Below are positions 44,501-53,500 of a stretch of DNA of 64,000 nucleotides, piece by piece. The stretch covers positions 64,001 through 128,000 of IMG/VR virus record IMGVR_UViG_3300029319_000003; one strand, written 5' to 3'. Source of the DNA: a virus. Under the pieces are notes generated by a model. That model had not been told where the DNA came from and ran no database searches. It worked only from the letters and a program-made list of their open reading frames with translations. A program made the translations under genes and the position numbers. Within the stretch, counting starts at the first letter, position 1. Each line of letters opens with the position of its first letter.

Positions 44501-47500
44501 GTCACTGAACGGGGGGTTGGGATCTGTACGCCGGATAGCCATCGGTTGGGCTTGACGTGTGTCATTTTTGGCAGCGGTGTTCAATCTTACAAGTTTGAAC
44601 CCTTGCATTTTTTTCCTACCCTGATACATGAACACTTCGTCGTACACGTCTTTTAGTGAATTGTCTGTCTGGCGCTCTAGGAATTGCCTATTCTCATCAT
44701 TGTTGGAGGTGTCTTCAACAACATTTCTCTGCACCTCGCCATAGAAGTTCGGCTTTGTGTACTCATCCATCAGTGCTTCCATTGGATTTAAAGCAAGATT
44801 ATCCGTACCAGTGAAAAGTGGCCAGTCTACTGCAATTCCAGCCTTAACAGTGTTGTATAAAATACCGGGTGCCATGAAGGGCTGCAAACAGGCTTGTCGA
44901 ATCTGGTCTGTCTCAAGTCCGTCGGCGGCTGTAATATTATCAAACATTGCATCAGCAAATAGTTTCCCAATTTGCACGGACCTTTGATTTGGGTAGAATC
45001 CGTTATATGGCAGCAACTTCTTAACTGCATTCACCTTGAGAGTAAATCTAGGCGACGATGCTCCATTAAGATTTTGATGATCCTGTGCGATCTTGTCCAT
45101 ATGAACAATTGTATCGGTGTGTGCATATGTATCGAAGAATTTATCATTGAACTCCAAAGAGGAGCCAACTTGCTTGGATGTGGGAGGTACGCCCATGCGG
45201 TACCACGCCACCAAGTTTGGTGTGTGCCCGTAGCGATCCCAATCATCAGCCTCATCTTCCGCGTTCATGATAAGTTCGTTTGCATTCCATGAAGTACATG
45301 TGCCAGACGAACTCACTGTTGATTCATAAGAGGAGTTCCGCTTGTATACCTCAGTCTTATTGACGACGTGGGGGTTTGTTATTACAAACGGATGACAGGT
45401 TGTGCCCTTGATTGCCGCCCTCACGCCTGATGTTTCTCCGTATTCATTCGCGGCAAGTTCGGCATCATAAAACAGTGCATTAACATTCACGGGCTTGCCG
45501 TGGTTATAGACTCTGGTAACATCAGTGGAACTCAACATACCCCGCGCAATTACAAACTCATCCATCTGACCGTAGAATGGTGCTCCTGCGCCCGGTTTTT
45601 TCGTAAGATAACTGGTGCCAATTTTAACATCACTGATGTAAGTCCATTCTGGGGATGTGGTGGTATTAGCCTTTGCAAAAGAAGAATTTCTCAACGGAGT
45701 TGCGGCGTCAGGGAAGGCTGAAATATTAGCATATCCAGAGGCTTTGGATTCATAAAAAGATACTGGTACATCATCTTCGGTGCCAGTGTTTACATGGGGC
45801 TCGTCGTCAGTCTTGTTGTTGACAGCGGGTAGATAAGTCGAATCGGAATCGTAAGCGTGAGGCTGGGCGAGTCCGTCAACATCGTTCCAAGTTGCAACTC
45901 CAAGTTTTGTATGATCAAGACCATTGTTATCTGATAAGCCAGCCGCGTTGCTACCGCCCTTAAAACTATAATATGCCGTACCTACATTGTGTGTACCCAC
46001 ATTGTCCCACAGACCCAAGTTTGCTCGCTGAAGCATTCCGTATACAGGGCTTCCATTAACCCACACGCGAATGCAGGAATTGCCAGCGTTTTCAAGAGCG
46101 AGGTCGCCATCAGTACCGGCATACTTCAAATTGCTTCCCGCGCCGCCCTTGTCGATTGCCACTGGGGGGATGTATTGAACTGCAATATGTGTCCAAATTC
46201 CCGGTTCGATGACTGTCGGATTGTTCAACTCTGGGTCGTTCCAAAACCTCACAATGTTTTTCTGATCTTCACCGGGCTGATTTGAATCACCTGTTAGCGT
46301 ACCAAGAGATTCAAAGAAACTATCAACCTGCCCTTGTGGGTTAATATCATGAGTAGCGCCATCCGCTGCTGTTAAATGATAATTTCCAACATCTGCATTA
46401 TTACAACGAGTATCAAACCAGTGAAGTTGTTTCCTTGTTTGTACTTCGGTCCCTCCAACAAATTCTGGCACTTTACCAGTGCCGCCGGCACAGTGCTCCG
46501 AACTTCGGCGCAACCACATACCTTGCCAATAGTTCGCGATAGTGGCGTTGACTGGATCATACGAGTCGCCTTCAATCTTGTCTTGATGCCGGTTTCCTTC
46601 CTGTTCATACAGGCTGCTCGCCCCGCCAAACGATTCCTCATCCGACATAGGGCTGATAACACTTGTCGCGTTGGGCATTTCGTCATCGCTATAAGAACCA
46701 GAGAAGCCGGCATAACCATATGATCCAACATACCTGTTTTGCATGTCTTCATCATCGACATTTTCTGGAAGTTTCACCCAGAATGATGTAAAGAACGGAG
46801 TTCCTTGTCTAGCAGTTTTTCCAAGGGCAGTGGTCGTAGCGTCCGTTGGACCGGGACCACCGGCTGCTTTGGTGAGTTGCCCCCACGGTGCATCAACAAA
46901 GCCCTTCGTAACCATTGAATAAGTGTCCGACGAGGTATTCACGCCAGTGCCGCCCAGTGTATATTCAGTAAAATAATTACCGCCTGTTGTCGAGAGATCA
47001 ACAGTGCTATCAAGATGTGCCCAAAGCCTGTCGTTTGTGTCATGAATTTCTGCAACAAAATCAGCAGCCGCAGTTGTTCCAAGCGCCGATGCTGAAGCAT
47101 ATGTTGATGTATGCATTTCGCCGCTATCGTCTACGTTGAACGCCAGCGCGGCATTAGGGCTGGAGTCAACACTCGTCTGCAAACTGGATGTAACAGTATT
47201 TAAAAATTCATCATTCAAATATGAATTTCTTGCAAGAGTAATAATTCCATGATTAGTTTTTGCTGCAACAAAGCCGCCATTCACAATGGCTTTATTCGGC
47301 TCGCCAGTGTAAGATGTTTCAAAAGTTGTGCCCTCGTCGTGGCTATATGTCGTAGTAAGTTTTGCTTCTGACTTTCCACTGCCAGTGATGCCGCCACCCG
47401 GCAATTCCAAGAAGTCTTTATTATCAACTCTAAAGTCGCCACCATTTATCGTAACGTAATGTGACATATGTGAGGAAATATTAAACTCAGGAACTACTGT

Positions 47501-50500
47501 ATATTTCTTGGTAGCGGAACGAATGTCTGCGTCATAATCCTCATAATCATTATACCAAGGATAGCGACCAATTGCGCCAGAAACTTTCGGAGTGTGCCAC
47601 GGCAAACCTGCTTCTTCCGCAACGTCTGACTGGCACTGGTGAATGTATTGCAGTTGTGCGCGGGGGGCAGGCTTGGTCCATACCACTTGCGTTGATCCGT
47701 TCATCAATCTTGATTTGGCAGTGGAGAAGGACGAGACGGCTTCAATAAACGACGAAGTGGGGCGCACCATTCTCATCATTCTCTCAAGACCCATGTAAGC
47801 AAGATCGCCCTTGTATTCTTTGCGGTAAACTAGTGGAAACGTCTGTTGGTCATCGGTGGTTTCTGTATTATTAATTTCAGACAACACTTGGGCTGCATAT
47901 GTGATTCCGTTATCAAAGTCGTCCATACACCAAATAGAATCAAACTGGTAGCGGTAATGGTTACTTCTTTGAATTTTGGAAGCGTTATCATTAACATGCT
48001 GGGCATTTTCAAAGCAGCCATTATAACTGCTTGCCATGTCTGCAACAACGTCTTCCCAACTCTCATAACTTGCACGATTGGAACCCATCCCAGCCCAGCC
48101 AGCCTTTATTGCCATCCAGTTCCACTGAAGGTTGTATCTTGCTGTCGCCTGCTTGCCATAAACAGCATTAACACTGCCCGTGCTGCGGATGCGGATGCCG
48201 TCTTTAAGTTGCTCGCCAAAATGGTTTCCTGTTACAGATGTACTGACTTCATTGCTGCATGAAATATCCCGCCAGAATGAACGAATAATTCCAGAGTTTC
48301 TATCGTACCCGTTTGACCCGGTGCCGGCAACCTCTGCATATTCTGTTCTACTGCGAACCTTATTTAAAGTGACGTGCCTGTGTTTTGGATAAATATATTC
48401 TGAGTATTTGAGTGATACAAAGTCGATTTGTGAATCTACAGAATCACCAGCATACAAAGAGTACAATTGATCGTACATTTGATCTGTAGAGCACTTAACC
48501 TTTCCGATTCGGTTTGTCAAGTGTGGATTTGCATAACACTCAAGATTATTACTGTAAGGGTGCTTTAATCTCGATCCAAGATCGCTGCCGTCCATATTAA
48601 GTCGATGGGTCATCGGCAAGTTCCATGCAACGCTCGGCTCAATGTAGTTTACAAACGTATCAGATCTTGAATCTCTAAATACAACTTCTCGTCCTGCGGA
48701 AGAAGTAAAGTTTCTAATTACTGGTCGATCCATGACCGAAATTGTGTTGGACTTTCTGTGAGCCCGCCAAACTGGGTTTTGACCAGACCTAACCTGCTTC
48801 CAAGAACCCCAACCCCAAGGACCATGACGGTGATTGATGAGCGCATTGGTAGATGCAGCCATGCCCAAGGCATATCCATCGTGTGCCACCATTGCACGCT
48901 CGCCATCGACAGATGGAAGCCCGGTAACAAACTGCTGATTAATATAATTCCAATTTCCATAAACGTCTGTTGTTGATGGAGTGCTGGTAGTTTTCCAATC
49001 AAACTTCGAAGACGTATATCCAACAGTATTGCTTGCAGTGTTGATTGGTTCGTAAATGATTGTATTTAAGTTAACAAAATCAACTGGAATGTATGGGTTC
49101 ACCACAGTGTCTTTGTCAGCACCGTGGGATTTGCCATATCCTTGTTTAGCAAAAAAGTAGCCGTGAGGGATAGGGATACTTGCGAAATCGCCAGCGCCGC
49201 TTGTGACCACACCAATGTCACTTGCAGTTGGGAATTGCAATTGATGATTGTACTCGGGAGAACCATAGTTGTGGGTTCTGCTCATGCCAATCGATAAGTT
49301 ATCAAACCTTGTAACATAGCCCCTTCGAAGGTGTGCTTGAGAGCCGTCGAATTTGCGGGCGGTACCAGAACCTGCAACACTGTATTTTGTCGTTTTTATA
49401 GTAGAGTGTGTGTCCGTAAAGGTCACTTCATCCAGTTCGGTGTCGGAAATTTTCCCTGTCCCGTGGTTAGCAGCCCAAATAGGTTTAATTAAAATTGAAG
49501 CAGAGACACCTGAAGGATCTACATCAAACAACGAAGCGGTGTAAAAATGCCCTGCTCTTGAGCCAGTATCTTTGTTGTTAATTGCTGCCACAAGGCTTGT
49601 TGCTCCTTCGACACCGTTGGCTCCCTTGCTCCAAATCCCACCCCCCTCTACCATTGCGGGAATCGTATCATGAGGCGTCTCCAAGGTTAGTGACTTGCCA
49701 TTCATGTTAGAGGTATAAGTGCCACCTGTTTTACCCCCCGAGTTTACAACAATAACAACAGTTGCTGCGCCGGTAACAAGATCTTCTTTATAAGAATTGT
49801 GAACCCACGAATATTGATAATCAGATCGTGGAATTTGATGCTGGACATACCAGTTGTCATATTGTGTGCTACCGCTGGGCTTATAAAGTGTTTGATTGAA
49901 ATTGCTCAAATAACCGTGCGCGTCCACTGTATGGGCAGCATTTCTATTAACCTTGTGCCAGTTACCCGCTCCAGAGGTTTCAGCGAGCATTCCACCGGGA
50001 TAACCGCCGGCAAACCACTCTTCGCGTCCTCCTCCGATAAGGGTGTGTTCTGCCTGCCACATCTTAAGGTGATTGCGAACATCCAAGTTGCGATAATTTA
50101 AATTGTTATATGGCGACAACTCTCCAGACTCAAGATCTGTTGACCCCAACCCTAGAGTATCAGGAGCGCCGGGAGCGCTGAACCGAGAAGTAATAACATG
50201 TTCACTGCGACCTCGCACTGGCAAAGTATAATCAAATACGCCGCTAACCGCTGGAGATACGGTGACTGGTACCAACTTCTCATGGAGCGAACCACTCTTG
50301 ACAAGCCAGCGGTTTTGCTCGCCTCGACCAAAGGTTTGCAGAATCTCATAATCTCTTGCATAGTTTCCAAGATTAACTGATCCTGTGGTCGATTTAATAT
50401 TTCTTAAGTTGACTGGGCGTTTCGCCGTCTCATCACGAAGGCGATTCGCAGCCGGGTAGAACACACCGTATGCCACGGCTGCATCCATGAACGCTTGAGG

Positions 50501-53500
50501 GTGAGCAATACTAGAGCCGAGCCCTGTGAAGCGCCACAGTTCGGGGCGGTCGGTTGCCCTTTGACCAATGGTAAATGGCTCGATAGCGCCTGCGGCAAGC
50601 CCTGATGCGGCGTGCATTGTATTCTTCACGCAGTTGGTCATAAACCCTGCGGCAGTGACCACATCTCGATTCCCCGCAGCGCCTGCTACGTTTTGTGTCA
50701 GCGTGACAACTCCACCGGCACTGGTTGCGACAATTTTGCCAGCATGACCGTTTGAACTGTTGACCAGTGTTATGAAATTAGTAGCAGTTGTTGTTGCACT
50801 GCCCGCCGCATCAAATTCTTGATCCGAAGCAGTGGCATCACCAGCCCCAGTATTTATTACTTTGTAAGTAACTGAAGTTCCATCTGTCGAAATCAGAGTT
50901 ATTGTTCCGTTGTTTGCCGAAGCATAATTTGTTGGATGGAATTCAAATGAAGTCGATGCTTTCGCCTCTGTTGACAACTTAACATCCACATGTCGGTGTT
51001 GGTTTCCTCCAACATGAGCATGGGTAAACGGACCCTGCATTGCAGTTTCTTTCTGAGGTCCATATGAATCGTCGTGAATGTTGGCTTTGTATTCAGTGCC
51101 TGTATTAACATCTTCATATATCGACCAAGGAGACTGGAATGAACTCTTGAACTGCCCACCGGCTCCGGTGTGTCCGGCAACTGCGTTGTCAACGACAGTC
51201 ATCGCGTCATCTTTAGGCTTCTTGTCGAGCGGGAATCGCGAAGCGAGATTATCAGTGCTCAGAGCCTCTGCATTCAACTCGTCGTAAAAATCCAACGACC
51301 CTGTTTGGATACCAGCCGGCAAACCACGAATAAAGTCATTAGAGTTTCTTTTATTTACAGGGAAGTTGGTGCCACCATGAATTGTTTGGGGTGCCTGCAC
51401 GGCGAACCTGTAAGGTCTACCAAGTCGTTGAATCGCATAAGTCGATCCTTGGTAAACAGTGTTTGTGCGACCTTTATAAAGTCGGGGATTTTTATTACCC
51501 CAATATCCATCAATATCTTTTATTTTAACTGACTGAACCGTAGTTCTGACGGCATCACTGCCCAGCCCACCAGCGAAAGCAGCAGAGATTGTTGCTGCGG
51601 ATAGGTTGTGCGTGATCGCAGTATTGCCATGAGCACCACCAGAGTCTTGCGTTAAAAGAACATCGCCAGTGCCGCCGGGATCTGATGCTGTAATCGAAAC
51701 ATCCTTTTGGGCATTAATAACTGCAATCCATCGGTCTGCGAAAGCCTCCAAACTTGCCAACCCACTCTGCCCAACAATGATATATCCAAGCCCATTCTTC
51801 GTACCATCAGCAGTGGTAACGCCACCGGTTACTTGAAATGTTGTTGATTTTCCAGATCCATCAGTTAATACAAGAGTCTCCCCGTCGTTACAGTAACTTG
51901 CAAAAGAAATTGTTGCAGTAGCCTGAGTTTCTGCACTTAATTGCCGCATGTCACGGGCGGCTTGTTCTGCCCACCACAAACTATTCTGGCTTTCTTCTCC
52001 ATCGCCAGCACCATTGCCGAAGCCATAAGGAATACTGAAACCGCTTAAATTATTGACAATTGCCGTGTTTCCGTTAACCCCCATTAGGTCTTGTGTCAAC
52101 GTGATAGAAGTGCTGGTTCCCGATGCAGTGATTGCGGCATCCGTCTGTGCGTTAATTACTGCTCTAATTCTGGTGGCGAAGTCCGAAAAACTGCTAACAC
52201 CTGATTGTCCAATAATCACATTACCACTGGCGTTCTTTGTCCCATCGGCTGTTGTCACGCCACCCGTAATTTCAAATGTGACTGAATCTCCGTCTGTATC
52301 AATCAGTGTGATTGTCTCTCCATTGTTAGCATATGAGCCGACAACCAGAACAGCAGTCGCAGCGGCGGTTGGCAATGTCGCATGACCATGCTTCCAGTCA
52401 TATCCCAACTCATGCACGCCACGGGCTGTTGCCTGCGGAGGTTCTTGTTTCATTTCAAGCGTCGGATATTTTGTCCAATACTTGTTACGTTCAAGAACGT
52501 GAGGTTCGACCATCGTCCGCATGCCTTCGGAGAAGTTAGCAGAAGCAGGAATCAATTCCTGAATCATGTAGCCCAGTGAAGCATCGAGCCACTTGTAGAA
52601 CTCAACATAACGATCTACTTTGGGAGTGTTGCCAATTGTATCAAAGAATGATTGGCGTAGTTTGCCAAGCATCTTATAGTCCATTCGATACCGATTGACT
52701 GGATCTCCGATTAAGTTGTTGAAGTCTTTGATTGTTGCGAACACATTTAAAATCTCTTCAGAGATCGTCGCATACATACTCTTTTCAACAGCAAAGAAAT
52801 GATTAATTGGTTCCGATTCTTTTGTATAATTTAAATCATCAGACTGTCCAGTTAAAATCTTAACTGTGTCTGCGGACTGTAAGTTTTCTGGCAACTGTTG
52901 ATATGCCGACAAGACATAATTTGTATCAACAACTTGCTTGGAGTCAGGATACCATTTGTCACCAACGCCGGGGTAGTCCACATCGACAACTGTGCTGATC
53001 CATCCATAGTCAGAGTAGTCTGACGACCCACTCGTAAGATCGTACACATAGAACGTAGAATCAGATAGAATGCCCGAGCCGTCATCTGGGCTGGAGCCTG
53101 TAACATTTGAGAAGTCCCAATGGAGAGCAAGCGTGTCCTTCTGAGGGACGTGAATTCCTTTACCACTTGGTGACAGACTGCTTTGAGCAAAATAAGCAGG
53201 CTTCATTGGGTTCATTCGACCAGCATTGCTGGCATCGCGGGCGTGCGCCTTAATTGTATCGTTGTCAATATAATCCAGCCAATATCTGACGCCTGACATT
53301 TTTACATCGCAACTATCAATTATTTTGACATTACTGTCCTTGTAAAGCGCTCCCATGTAAACACGCTTGTTTGCGTGAAGGAATGCTTGCGCCGGAGTTT
53401 GAGTAACGGGGGCTGAGATGGTGAACTCATTCTCCACCACGTCGAGCAACATGTTAACACCATATAGTTCAATGATGTACCCTGTTGTGCCCAACGTAGA